Positions 55,343 to 64,000 are shown, counted from the stretch's first letter. The stretch is 64,000 nucleotides of DNA from Elusimicrobiota bacterium (GCA_043827405.1 JBDRPD010000083.1:1-64000), one strand, 5' to 3'. Notes: generated by a model from the sequence alone, not told the origin. A program made the numbers and translations.

Positions 55343-56644
55343 CTATTCGGCCAAGTAGTCGCGGATGTCGGCGGCGCGAAACCAAGCCCACACCCAGGCA
55401 GCATAACCCCACTCAAAAAGCTTGCCGCGGAGCTTGAGCCAGGCGGTGGGCTCATGCGGCCTGACGGGGAAGGTCAGCGCCTGGACGGCGGCGGGATCGG
55501 GCGAGACCACCTGGTAGCCTTCAAGGAAGCTCTCGCGCACCACTTCGGGAGAGGGGGTCAAGGTGAACTGGAAGGCCTCAATTACGTCGAGCTTGTTCTC
55601 AACCCAGGTGCGATCCAGGACTTCAGTGAACGGCATAATGGCGTCGAGGCTGCCGTCCTGGGTTACGAGCTGATAGTCGATATCGCTTTTGGGGGTGGAT
55701 TCGCCGATGGCGTAGCTGCCCAGCAGGATTAAAGCGACGATCTTTTTGCCCTGCGGCAGGCGCACATTCACTTCGAGGATGGATTTGTTGACCGCTTCTT
55801 TAAATGAGGCGACGACCGCCGCTTGTTTTTCGGCGCGATGGCGCTCGACTTTTTCCACCTCCGCGCGGCCGAGCTTGGCCTCGATGTAGGCTTTGACTTC
55901 CCGCGGCGTCTTGGTTACGGTCTCAAAGAAGATGCCGAAGGCATGCTTGCGGTAATTGCTCGGGCGCAGCGGCGAGACGTACGCGTCGACGCGATCGAGG
56001 TAGTTGTGGAAGGCCTTGCGCGTTTCGGGATCCTGGGGGAAATACTTATCGTAGACCTTTTCGGCTTCGCGGCGTACCGTCTTGCGGTCGGCGGTGGTAA
56101 AACCCGCGGTCTGTACGCCGCCGGTATAGCCCTTCACCCGCCAGGCGGTCCACATGCCCTCGAGATCGGCTACCGCGCGTTCCTTGCCCTTGGTTTCGAG
56201 CTCCTGTTCCTTGACCCACTGGCGCAGCAAAGCTACCCGCGAGCCGAAGAAGAACTTGAAGGTCTCCCACTGGGCGCGGCGGTACTGCGTCTTGGCCTGC
56301 GAGGAGGGAGCGGCGTTGGTCCAGAGTACGGGATGGCCGGCGACCTCTTCTTTGGCCGGGGCCGCGAAGGCGATGCTTTTGTCCGCATTCTGTATTTTCA
56401 TCGCGGGGAGAGCGCTGTTCAGCGTGGGCGACGGAGTAAGGACGGAAGGTAGAGCGAGGCCGGTTCCCGGCTGGAGCGCGGAGGCGGTTACCGAAATGCT
56501 GATATGTGTCGGTACGGCGCCGGCCACCGCGGCATTGGCCGCGCCGCCGGGATGGAGGACCGGGCGGACGGCGTTAACGGCGGCGGAAGAAAAGTTGGGA
56601 AACGCTACGGTGAGGGAGGCTAGGAGCGACAGCAGTCGTTTCAT
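55343..56644 (-). CDS. Signal-peptide-bearing protein with a C-terminal Pol-beta-type nucleotidyltransferase domain
   Basis: MKRLLSLLASL...SSA signal, Ala/Pro-rich linker, LILLGSYAIGESTPKSDIDY (hGS...DxD). Confidence 0.72.
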   Translation of the reverse strand: MKRLLSLLASLTVAFPNFSSAAVNAVRPVLHPGGAANAAVAGAVPTHISISVTASALQPGTGLALPSVLTPSPTLNSALPAMKIQNADKSIAFAAPAKEEVAGHPVLWTNAAPSSQAKTQYRRAQWETFKFFFGSRVALLRQWVKEQELETKGKERAVADLEGMWTAWRVKGYTGGVQTAGFTTADRKTVRREAEKVYDKYFPQDPETRKAFHNYLDRVDAYVSPLRPSNYRKHAFGIFFETVTKTPREVKAYIEAKLGRAEVEKVERHRAEKQAAVVASFKEAVNKSILEVNVRLPQGKKIVALILLGSYAIGESTPKSDIDYQLVTQDGSLDAIMPFTEVLDRTWVENKLDVIEAFQFTLTPSPEVVRESFLEGYQVVSPDPAAVQALTFPVRPHEPTAWLKLRGKLFEWGYAAWVWAWFRAADIRDYLAE

Positions 56645-56727
56645 AATCCTAATTCTAACAAGGACTCTGATTTTGACCTAGGAGCATAAGTCACAGCGCG
56701 CGCGTGCCATTGGTCCTAGACGCGTCT

Positions 56728-56742
56728 GTTCACATATTGATC
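56728..56742. promoter_or_regulatory. Palindromic operator, copy 4 with one mismatch (GTTCA-CATAT-TGATC)
   Basis: Intergenic, upstream of a TATAAT (56768-56773) and of the first rightward gene of the second glycan block. Confidence 0.5.
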
Positions 56743-56828
56743 CCTAGCATCCCTGGGGGATTGGGGCTATAATGGGACGGAAAAGCGGAGGCTAAAGCAG
56801 ATGTTTCGATCACGCAGGAGCGGGGTTA

Positions 56829-58019
56829 ATGGCAATTAAAGCTGTTTTCTGGACTTTGGTTGTCGGCGTAGAACTTTTGGGTTTTGTTTTTTGGGGCTGG
56901 TGGAGTATTTTAATTATTAATGGCGGAATCATCGTTTTGGAGTTTTTGCTAACAGACAACCTGGATAATTTTCTGCAAGAAAGCAATTTGAATGTCAAAA
57001 AGATTCCCAAGTTGTTGATTGAACGAAAGTATGAGTTTCAGAATTCGGAAGAGAAAATAAACTGGAAGCACGACGCCGAGCTTGGGTGGAGGCTGAAGCC
57101 TAATACGCGGCTCGCAATGAATATCGCAATTCCTGAACTTGGGTTGAGGCATTCCCTAGTCTATAACACGATTGAAAACGGTTCGCGCCGAACATCTTCG
57201 GCGTCTGCCGAGAGCAAAAAACATTGTCCGGTTATTTCCATTTTAGGATGTTCCAACACTTACGGGCACTCCTTAAATGACGAAGAGACCTATGCGTGGC
57301 TTCTGCAGGAGCAGTTTCCAGAGAAACGGGTTATTAATTATGGCGTTGCCGGGTACTCCCTGTATCAATGTCTTTTGGTTTTAGAAAAAACGATCAAAGA
57401 GGACGGCCCGGAAGTCGTAGTGATCGGATTCCATCCCGATTTAGGGTGGCGAAATACCAGCTCTTTTGCCTGGGCTCACCGGATCAATGATACGTGGCGG
57501 ATCCCTTCTTGCGTTTCCCGTAAGGGTAAACTGCATCGTTATCCCCCTCGGGGTTACGTGGGATTGCCTTACTCCGGGTTCCGGGTCGCGAAATCGTTGG
57601 AGCTCTACATGAATCGGCTGTTGTTTTGGAGGCGCGGTCAGAAGGCCGTGATTCAGAAAACGATGGAGCATTTGCTCCTACAGATGAGAGCCCTTTGTGA
57701 AAGGCATGGAGCGAAATTGATCGTGGCGTGTCTCGATGAATCAAGGATGTATTACGACTTTCTTAATAAAAATGGTTTTTCATGGTGCGTGACCGGGGTG
57801 GACACCAACGAGCTGACCAAGGATGGACGGTTCCGGTGGATTCTTTATCCTTTTGACAACCATCCGAATCAGGACGCCCATCGACGCTATGCCGAGGTGA
57901 TCGGAGAAGCCGCCGGAGATGTCTTGGCCGGAAGGCGTTGTTCTATCCGGCCCGAACTGCTGCGAGGCGGCGGTTTTGAAACAAAAGATGCGGGTGCGTA
58001 CATTTATCCAATTTTTTGA
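56829..58019 (+). CDS. Membrane-anchored SGNH/GDSL-family hydrolase or O-acyltransferase-like protein
   Basis: N-terminal TM, LGCSNTYG block I, NYGVAGYS block II, DNHPN block V. Confidence 0.78.
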   Translation: MAIKAVFWTLVVGVELLGFVFWGWWSILIINGGIIVLEFLLTDNLDNFLQESNLNVKKIPKLLIERKYEFQNSEEKINWKHDAELGWRLKPNTRLAMNIAIPELGLRHSLVYNTIENGSRRTSSASAESKKHCPVISILGCSNTYGHSLNDEETYAWLLQEQFPEKRVINYGVAGYSLYQCLLVLEKTIKEDGPEVVVIGFHPDLGWRNTSSFAWAHRINDTWRIPSCVSRKGKLHRYPPRGYVGLPYSGFRVAKSLELYMNRLLFWRRGQKAVIQKTMEHLLLQMRALCERHGAKLIVACLDESRMYYDFLNKNGFSWCVTGVDTNELTKDGRFRWILYPFDNHPNQDAHRRYAEVIGEAAGDVLAGRRCSIRPELLRGGGFETKDAGAYIYPIF

Positions 58020-58074
58020 GACAGAAATTCATAAGACAGCCAGGAGCCGTTAGCGAACGAAACAGGCGGAGATT

Positions 58075-58788
58075 ATGACAGGGAGCGAAGAGTCGGCGTA
58101 TTTGGAGCGCAATCAGGCGTATTGGCGACGAGGTTACAAGGGGTACGCCGACGAGCATATCGAAAGTTTTGTTTTTCGTCCTTACGGCAGAATCATCGAA
58201 AAGGAGCTCGGCGACCGCGGCGCTGGGCCGCGAAAGCTTTTGGATTTCGGCTGCGGGGCAGGCGCCCCCGCGCGATTTTTCCTATCTAAAGGGTTCGCTG
58301 TCTACGGGGTCGATATCTCGGAAGCGAATATTGAATGCTGCAAGCGGCGGATGCCCGAGATCGCCGACCATTTCGCGGTCATCGACGCCGCTCCCGATGC
58401 GGGCGGAAATTTTTGGGACGGCGATTATGATCTGGTGGTCGCTATCCAATCTCTATACTATTTCTCCAACAAAGATTTGAGAGTCGCGCTGAACTCGATG
58501 CATCGCCAAATGAAGCCGGGAGCGCTGATTTATGCCACGATGATCGGGACCAAATGTTGGTGTTTCGAGCATTCCGCGTCCATGAAAGACGGCTTAAGAA
58601 GGTTCGAAGTGAAGAATGAGCGAAGTCAGATTGACTATCATTACGTGAATTTCGTTGAGGATGAAAATGAGTTATGCGCGAAGTTCGATATGTTTAGGAA
58701 GCTGCATGTCGGATTTCATTCGGAGCGTTTCAGGGAAGACGAGGGAATAGATTTCCACTATACCTACGTGGGAAAAAAGGACGGTTAG
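58075..58788 (+). CDS. Class I SAM-dependent methyltransferase
   Basis: LLDFGCGAG, GVDIS, QSLYYF. Confidence 0.88.
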   Translation: MTGSEESAYLERNQAYWRRGYKGYADEHIESFVFRPYGRIIEKELGDRGAGPRKLLDFGCGAGAPARFFLSKGFAVYGVDISEANIECCKRRMPEIADHFAVIDAAPDAGGNFWDGDYDLVVAIQSLYYFSNKDLRVALNSMHRQMKPGALIYATMIGTKCWCFEHSASMKDGLRRFEVKNERSQIDYHYVNFVEDENELCAKFDMFRKLHVGFHSERFREDEGIDFHYTYVGKKDG

Positions 58789-58810
58789 GCCGCGACCTCG
58801 AAAATCCTCC

Positions 58811-59479
58811 CTACAGGCCGGACATCTGAGCGAAGGTGCCGCTGTCGATATCTAGCGGCTTTTTCTGTTCCTGAATGTAGACTTTTTCGTCCCTTGTCGA
58901 TTTTGCCACGAGAGCGCCGGCACCGATAAAATTCCTTTTGCCCACTTTGACGTCATGCGTGATGGTGGCGTTCATGCCGAGAAAACTCCCCCGCCCAATG
59001 ACGGCATCACCGCCGATAGCGATCTGGGATGATATCCATACGTGATCTTCGATGACGGTTCGGTCGCCGATGTGATTGCCCGACCACATCACGACGTTGT
59101 TGCCGATCTTGACGTCGAGATTTATCGTCTGCCGATCCAGAATAAAGCAGTTCTCACCCACGTCGATATCTTCGATGCGGAAGATATCGGAGGCGACGTA
59201 GCTGATAAGGGAATATCCCTTTGCTTTGGCTTCTTCGTATTTTCTTATGCGCAGCTCGTTGAATCCTTGAAATCCCAAAAGGATGAACATCCTGTATTGG
59301 TCGGGAGGGAATTTTTTATCGAGATCGGAAAAGTCCGCAACCGGCAGGCCGTGATATTCGCGGTTGCCTTCGGGCTTGTCGACGGCAAATGCGACGATTT
59401 CATGGTCCGTGTCCTTGGAGAGATAGCGAAAAGCGGTATCGGCGCCGCCGCCCGCCCCGAAAATGATCACTTTGCTCAT
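58811..59479 (-). CDS. NeuD/PglD-type hexapeptide-repeat sugar acetyltransferase
   Basis: IIFGAGG N-terminal Rossmann-like domain, IGNNV/IEDHV/IGRGS repeats. Confidence 0.88.
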   Translation of the reverse strand: MSKVIIFGAGGGADTAFRYLSKDTDHEIVAFAVDKPEGNREYHGLPVADFSDLDKKFPPDQYRMFILLGFQGFNELRIRKYEEAKAKGYSLISYVASDIFRIEDIDVGENCFILDRQTINLDVKIGNNVVMWSGNHIGDRTVIEDHVWISSQIAIGGDAVIGRGSFLGMNATITHDVKVGKRNFIGAGALVAKSTRDEKVYIQEQKKPLDIDSGTFAQMSGL

Positions 59480-61044
59480 TGTGCCGCCCTTTGCTGCTGG
59501 TTTTTTACGAATTCGCTGCGTAAAAACTTGCGGTCTGTTTTGCCGTTGGCGTTCTTGGGCATGTTCTTCAACAAGTAAACCCGGTTCGGGACCATGTACT
59601 TCGGAACCCAGTCGGCGACTCGACGCTTGATCTCCGCCCCCGTGAAATCCTTTCGCGAGGCGATAACCGCGATGATTCTGCTGATTTCTCCGTCGATCGA
59701 ATGCAGCGCCACGGCTTCGTCGATGCCTTCCAGGCTCATTAAGGCGTGTTCGATTTCCTCGAGCTCAATGCGATGCCCTTGATGCTTGATCTGAAAATCT
59801 TTCCGTCCCACAAACCATAGCTTTTGGTCGCTTGGGTCGAGGCGAAATAAATCCCCCGTGCGGTAAAGCAGTTCTCCCTCGTGCGGGGAACGGGGGTCCG
59901 GAACAAACGCCTTCTTCGTGAGCTCCGTCTGGCCCAGGTATCCCTGTCCGACGCAGGGGCCGCCCAGGCAAAGCTCCCCGGACTCGCCCGGAGGCACCTC
60001 TTCGCTGCCGGCGAGCAGCCGGTAGTGAAAATTTCTCGTCAGCGAACCGATCGGCGGATAACCCTCAAGGTTTTCGAAGTCCTCCGGTCCGATCTGATAG
60101 CTGGAGCATATGCAGGTGCATTCGGTGGGCCCGTAAACATTAACCAACTTTGTTTGCGGCGACAGTTGGTCATACAGCTCTTTTAGCCGGGTCTTTGGGT
60201 ATCCCTCGCCGCCGAATATCACCCATCTCAGGGAGCGCAGCGCCTGCGGCTCAATGACCTTCGTGGTTTGTAGAAACATCAGCATGGAGGGTACCGAGAA
60301 GAACGTCGTGCATCGGGTCTTTTCAATGTGATCGACGATTTTTTGCGGTTCCTGGAGCCAGGCGGTTTTAAATGGGACGAGCGTGCCGCCGGAAAACAAG
60401 GTCGAATAGATGTCAAAAACAGAGTTGTCAAAATATATGGGGTTTAAATGGGTATGCGTATCCTCGGGAGTGAAGCCGTACTCGCTGACGGCCCAATCAA
60501 TAAACAAATCCAGGTTGCCGTGGCTCATGACGGCGCCTTTCGGGACTCCAGTAGAGCCCGACGTGAACATGATATAGGCCGTATTCTCGGGGTGAACAAC
60601 GGCCTGTCTTTCAGGGGCGGCCGTGGGATAGTCGCTGCAAAACGCTAGGTTGTCGTGGCTGGCGGGGCAGACGATGGTCTTATCCTTCCACTGCGGCGAT
60701 GCGAGCTCGGTGTGGGAAAAAATCAGGGCGGGGGAGCACTGGGCGAAGATCTTTTCTGTCCGCTTGAGCGGGCTGGACGGATCGATCGCGAAGTACCCGA
60801 TGCCGAGCTTAAGGCAGGCCAGGATCACGCAGTACGGTGTGGCGTCTTTGTCGAGATTGATGCAGACCCGGTCGCTTTGTCCGATCCCGTGATCCAGCAG
60901 GAACCGCGCCGCCTGGTTGGAGCGGCGGTCCAGGTCTTGATAAGACATCGCGCCATCCTCTGTGAACTGCAGGGCCGTGCGCGCGGGATGTCGCTGCGCG
61001 ACTTGCGAAAAGCGCGATCCCAGGTCTTGAGCCTGGTCCGTCAT
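59476..61044 (-). CDS. Stand-alone amino acid adenylation enzyme (DltA-like)
   Basis: YIMFTSGSTGVPKG, FDNSV, NVYGPTE, GELC, YRTGD, RIELEEIE, NANGK. Confidence 0.92.
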   Translation of the reverse strand: MTDQAQDLGSRFSQVAQRHPARTALQFTEDGAMSYQDLDRRSNQAARFLLDHGIGQSDRVCINLDKDATPYCVILACLKLGIGYFAIDPSSPLKRTEKIFAQCSPALIFSHTELASPQWKDKTIVCPASHDNLAFCSDYPTAAPERQAVVHPENTAYIMFTSGSTGVPKGAVMSHGNLDLFIDWAVSEYGFTPEDTHTHLNPIYFDNSVFDIYSTLFSGGTLVPFKTAWLQEPQKIVDHIEKTRCTTFFSVPSMLMFLQTTKVIEPQALRSLRWVIFGGEGYPKTRLKELYDQLSPQTKLVNVYGPTECTCICSSYQIGPEDFENLEGYPPIGSLTRNFHYRLLAGSEEVPPGESGELCLGGPCVGQGYLGQTELTKKAFVPDPRSPHEGELLYRTGDLFRLDPSDQKLWFVGRKDFQIKHQGHRIELEEIEHALMSLEGIDEAVALHSIDGEISRIIAVIASRKDFTGAEIKRRVADWVPKYMVPNRVYLLKNMPKNANGKTDRKFLRSEFVKNQQQRAAQ

Positions 61045-61788
61045 TTAGATTCTCAGGCCGCCGTCCAGATTTAATACCGCTCCCGTATAGAATTCGTTGT
61101 CGAATACGAACTGAATGGCGTGGTTCAGGTCGTCAACCGTCCCCAACCGCTTGAGCGGCGTGCTCCTCCGGATGCGCATCAGGCGGTCCTCGCGGACCGC
61201 TTGCAAGGTCGAGGGGGTGTCAAGAAAGCCGGGCGCGATCGAGACCACGCGAATGCCTAGCGGTCCCAGTTCTTTGGCGAGGGCCATGGTCAGTCCGTTG
61301 AGTCCGGCCTTGGCGGCCGAATAGGCGGCTTGCCCGGGGTTCCCTTGGGCGCAGATCGAGCTGATGTTTATGATCGTCCCTTTGATCCCGTCCGGCACAA
61401 GGTGTTTTACGCAGGCCGCGGACACGTAAAAAGCTGAGCTTAATGATACCGACAATACCCGGTTCCATTCCTCGAATCCATGGCATGTGATCTGCCCGTC
61501 CTCAAATTTAACCAGCGGGCTGTTGAAGATTAGACCGACATTATTGATCACATGGGTGACCGGACCATCGTCTTTGATGTGCGCGTCGATCACCCCGGCC
61601 GCGGCTTCGCCGTCGCTCAAGTCGCATTGGGCGTATGTGAAGTGGTCGTTTTTCGCACAGGCTTCCGGAGCGCGGTCCGTGATATCCATTCCGAAAACCC
61701 GGCATTCCTTGGCCAGGAAGTACTCCGCGACCTTTGAGCCGATTGCACCGCTAACGCCGGTGATCAGTATTTGCCTGTCAGCGCTCAT
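61045..61788 (-). CDS. FabG-like short-chain dehydrogenase/reductase
   Basis: TGVSGAIG, NNVG, NISS, YSAAK, DGG. Confidence 0.9.
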   Translation of the reverse strand: MSADRQILITGVSGAIGSKVAEYFLAKECRVFGMDITDRAPEACAKNDHFTYAQCDLSDGEAAAGVIDAHIKDDGPVTHVINNVGLIFNSPLVKFEDGQITCHGFEEWNRVLSVSLSSAFYVSAACVKHLVPDGIKGTIINISSICAQGNPGQAAYSAAKAGLNGLTMALAKELGPLGIRVVSIAPGFLDTPSTLQAVREDRLMRIRRSTPLKRLGTVDDLNHAIQFVFDNEFYTGAVLNLDGGLRI

Positions 61789-62018
61789 CGTCCCACTCCA
61801 TGTTCCGCTAAAACTTTTACGATCCCCGAGAACGTCAGAAGCTGCGCGATTTGCTCTTTGCTGAATGTCAGACTGAACTCTGACTGCAGGGCTCCGACTA
61901 GCTTGACGTACATGATCGAATCCCAGAATTCCAGGCTCCTAAAATTGTCGGCTTCCCGGATGCTGTCTATGTTCTCGTCTAGTACGCGCTCTAGAATTTC
62001 TTTTAGTTTTTCGTTCAT
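61785..62018 (-). CDS. Acyl/aminoacyl carrier protein
   Basis: 77 aa, acidic, WDSI phosphopantetheine attachment motif. Confidence 0.88.
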   Translation of the reverse strand: MNEKLKEILERVLDENIDSIREADNFRSLEFWDSIMYVKLVGALQSEFSLTFSKEQIAQLLTFSGIVKVLAEHGVGR

Positions 62019-62067
62019 GTTCGCGATTCCTGTTAAAAGCTTTAGTGGTTTTTAAAAATTTATCAGT

Positions 62068-63069
62068 CTAAATCAAGTCCCAGGTGATGGGGGTGTCGGC
62101 CTTTATGTCGCCCTTAGTCTCACGGCCCAGGACCATCTCGTAATGCTCAGGCATAATTCCAAAGGCCTCTCTTTTAACGGTGATCAGGTCTTTGGTTAGT
62201 TCCGTTCCCTTCGGGATATCCTGTGCCGCAAACAAGCGCACAATGCGTTCGGTATCTTCCGCGCCTTTGACCGCTGTTTTTATCGGCGAGCCCAGGCATT
62301 TTTCCACCTCTCGAATACTCTTTACCATCTGCTTTAATTCATCCGGCTCGAGGGCGAAGGCATGGTCCAGCCCCTCTAAGGCATGTGACAGCGTAAAGTG
62401 CTTCTCGATGACGCAGGCGCCCCGGGCCGCGGCGGCTATCGGAATGGCGATCCCCAATGAGTGGTCCGAAAACCCAACCGGGACTTGGAAGGCGGTTCTC
62501 ATCGTTTCCATCATTCGCAGGTGCGTGTCCTCCGGCTTGGTGGGATAGGACGAGACGCAGTGAAGCAAAATGAGGTTCTCATTATTGGCGCTCTGGACGG
62601 CATCGACAGCCCTTTGCACATCGGCCAAATCGCAGACCCCCGTAGACATAATCATGGGGCGTTTTTTCGCAGCAGCATACTTAATGAGTGGGATATCGAA
62701 TATCTCTGATGACGCCCATTTGTACACCGGCGTATCATATCGCTCCAGCAGGTCTACGGCTTCTTTATCAAAGGGCGCTGCAAAAAGAATAATTTTCCGC
62801 TTTCTGGCATGTTCGAGAAGCTGGTCCATCCAGCCCCGATTTGTCTCTAAAGATTTTAGTATGGGGTAGGCTTTGCTGCTCTTCGGCCATAGGCCTGAAC
62901 CATAATATAGTTGAAGCTTAACCGCGTCCGCGCCGCTTTCGGCTGCGATATCGATTAGCTCCAGGGCTTGTGATAGCTTGCCGTCGTGGTTGGCTCCCAG
63001 TTCTGCGATAATAAATACGGGTTCGCCATCTCCCACGAGTCGATTGCCAATTTTGACTTTTCTGTTCAT
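62068..63069 (-). CDS. Nonulosonic acid synthase, NeuB/PseI/SpsE family, with SAF domain
   Basis: IIAELGANHDG, ADAVKLQ, LLHCVSSYP, GFSDH, IEKHFT. Confidence 0.92.
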   Translation of the reverse strand: MNRKVKIGNRLVGDGEPVFIIAELGANHDGKLSQALELIDIAAESGADAVKLQLYYGSGLWPKSSKAYPILKSLETNRGWMDQLLEHARKRKIILFAAPFDKEAVDLLERYDTPVYKWASSEIFDIPLIKYAAAKKRPMIMSTGVCDLADVQRAVDAVQSANNENLILLHCVSSYPTKPEDTHLRMMETMRTAFQVPVGFSDHSLGIAIPIAAAARGACVIEKHFTLSHALEGLDHAFALEPDELKQMVKSIREVEKCLGSPIKTAVKGAEDTERIVRLFAAQDIPKGTELTKDLITVKREAFGIMPEHYEMVLGRETKGDIKADTPITWDLI

Positions 63070-64000
63070 AGCAGGTTTGTTTTTTTTAGTTCGCTGATAA
63101 TCCGTTCAGCGCCCCGGCCGTCGATCAATCTCCTTCCAGTAGTAGACATATCTCTTCTTTGCGTGTAATCCCCCAGGATGTCATTGATTCCCTTTGCCAA
63201 GTAATCCTGATGAGTGTCGTCTGGGATGCTTAGGTGTTTCGAAGTGCCAGCCTGGATGAAAGGATCATTATTATATTTCTTTAAGTCATCACGCGTGAGG
63301 CATATGCTGGGTGTTCCGGCTAATGCGGCCTCGTAGCGCGTCAGGCCGATTGCCGTTATCGCCAGGTCCGCCCACAATAGCAAGTTAGGAACGTCGGCAG
63401 TTGCGCACAGCTCAACGGCCGGCGTCGAATCCTTCGCCATGCGTGCGAGCGTGCTTTTTAGATCGTTAGAAAAACACGCCCCAACCGCCACCTTGATCGT
63501 CGTGTCTGTAAGCGCGAGCGCTTCAAGTGCGTCGATTGCGTCGACCGTCAAGCCGGTCGGGTCGCTGCCTCCGAGTGAGATAAATATCTTTCTTACGGTT
63601 TCGGCGATCGGCCGCTCTCTGCTGCCGCGCGCGGCCTGCTCCGGTCCACAGATAAAGTAATCCGCGCCAAGCATGTATCGTGTGTCCGCGAACCGGCGGT
63701 AGTCGATCTTTTCCGCCCCGAAATAAGGCACGATCTGCGCGGCGACGGGAACGTCGACCTTGTCGAAGTCGTCGATGACGACTGTTTTTGGGCCGGCGTT
63801 CTGGAGTAGGGAAAAATATCTTTCGAACTGCGCTTTGCGCTTGATGTTGTCGACGGTGCCTAGGTCAGTCAGTACAAATTTTGCCGCACTGCGTTTCGCG
63901 GCCGCGGCGGTGAAGGCTGCATCATGGTCGAAATCCGCCGTCTTGTCGAGCGGGAAGACCGCAAACCCCCGCGTTTGGATAAGGTCCATGATGGCCTGGT
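63066..64000 (-). CDS. Partial PseG/SpsG-family NDP-sugar hydrolase; 5' end may lie outside the window
   Basis: IDD, LGADY, ISLGGSDP, ADLAITAIGLTRYE, IDGRGAERI; frame is open to the window edge. Confidence 0.82.
   Translation of the reverse strand, partial: QAIMDLIQTRGFAVFPLDKTADFDHDAAFTAAAAKRSAAKFVLTDLGTVDNIKRKAQFERYFSLLQNAGPKTVVIDDFDKVDVPVAAQIVPYFGAEKIDYRRFADTRYMLGADYFICGPEQAARGSRERPIAETVRKIFISLGGSDPTGLTVDAIDALEALALTDTTIKVAVGACFSNDLKSTLARMAKDSTPAVELCATADVPNLLLWADLAITAIGLTRYEAALAGTPSICLTRDDLKKYNNDPFIQAGTSKHLSIPDDTHQDYLAKGINDILGDYTQRRDMSTTGRRLIDGRGAERIISELKKTNLL

Noticed and set aside
59476..62018. dlt operon or NRPS secondary-metabolite cluster
   Set aside because: No DltB/DltD, condensation or thioesterase domains; the context is nonulosonate synthesis
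1..64000. CRISPR arrays, IS elements, prophage, tRNA/rRNA genes and intrinsic terminators
   Set aside because: I found no regularly spaced repeats, transposase, integrase or phage motifs, no cloverleaf other than the tmRNA, and no convincing hairpin plus U-tract; a by-eye search can miss weak cases

Overview
This is a GC-rich bacterial window. Elusimicrobiota is my tentative guess, inferred only from gene style and the tmRNA tag. It has three blocks. (1) About 1-45,000 is a very large surface-glycan biosynthesis locus. It encodes PseB/PseC, three DegT-type aminotransferases, several SDR epimerases, an HldE/RfaE-like kinase-nucleotidyltransferase, a split transketolase, two C-methyltransferases, two radical SAM enzymes, an ABC flippase, GT2/GT-C transferases and a PDH-E1-like alpha/beta pair. 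It also encodes a protein that fuses a lipoyl domain to a sugar acyltransferase. (2) About 45,000-56,650 is a housekeeping and signalling block: tlyA, a receptor-like TPR Ser/Thr kinase, tmRNA (ssrA), two diguanylate cyclases, sppA, nnrE, a cyclophilin, an MBL hydrolase and a signal-peptide-bearing nucleotidyltransferase. (3) About 56,800-64,000 is a more AT-rich second glycan block: PseG-like and NeuB/PseI-like genes plus an ACP/SDR/adenylation/acetyltransferase cassette. The best candidate for an undescribed system is the E1 pair together with the lipoyl-acyltransferase fusion, which could form a PDH-like relay that acylates sugars. Next is a GTTCA-N5-TGAAC palindrome in the upstream regions of the glycan operons, a likely operator of the local MarR-type regulator. 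I saw no CRISPR array, IS element, integrase or rRNA/tRNA gene. All calls come from reading motifs by eye; no database search was run.
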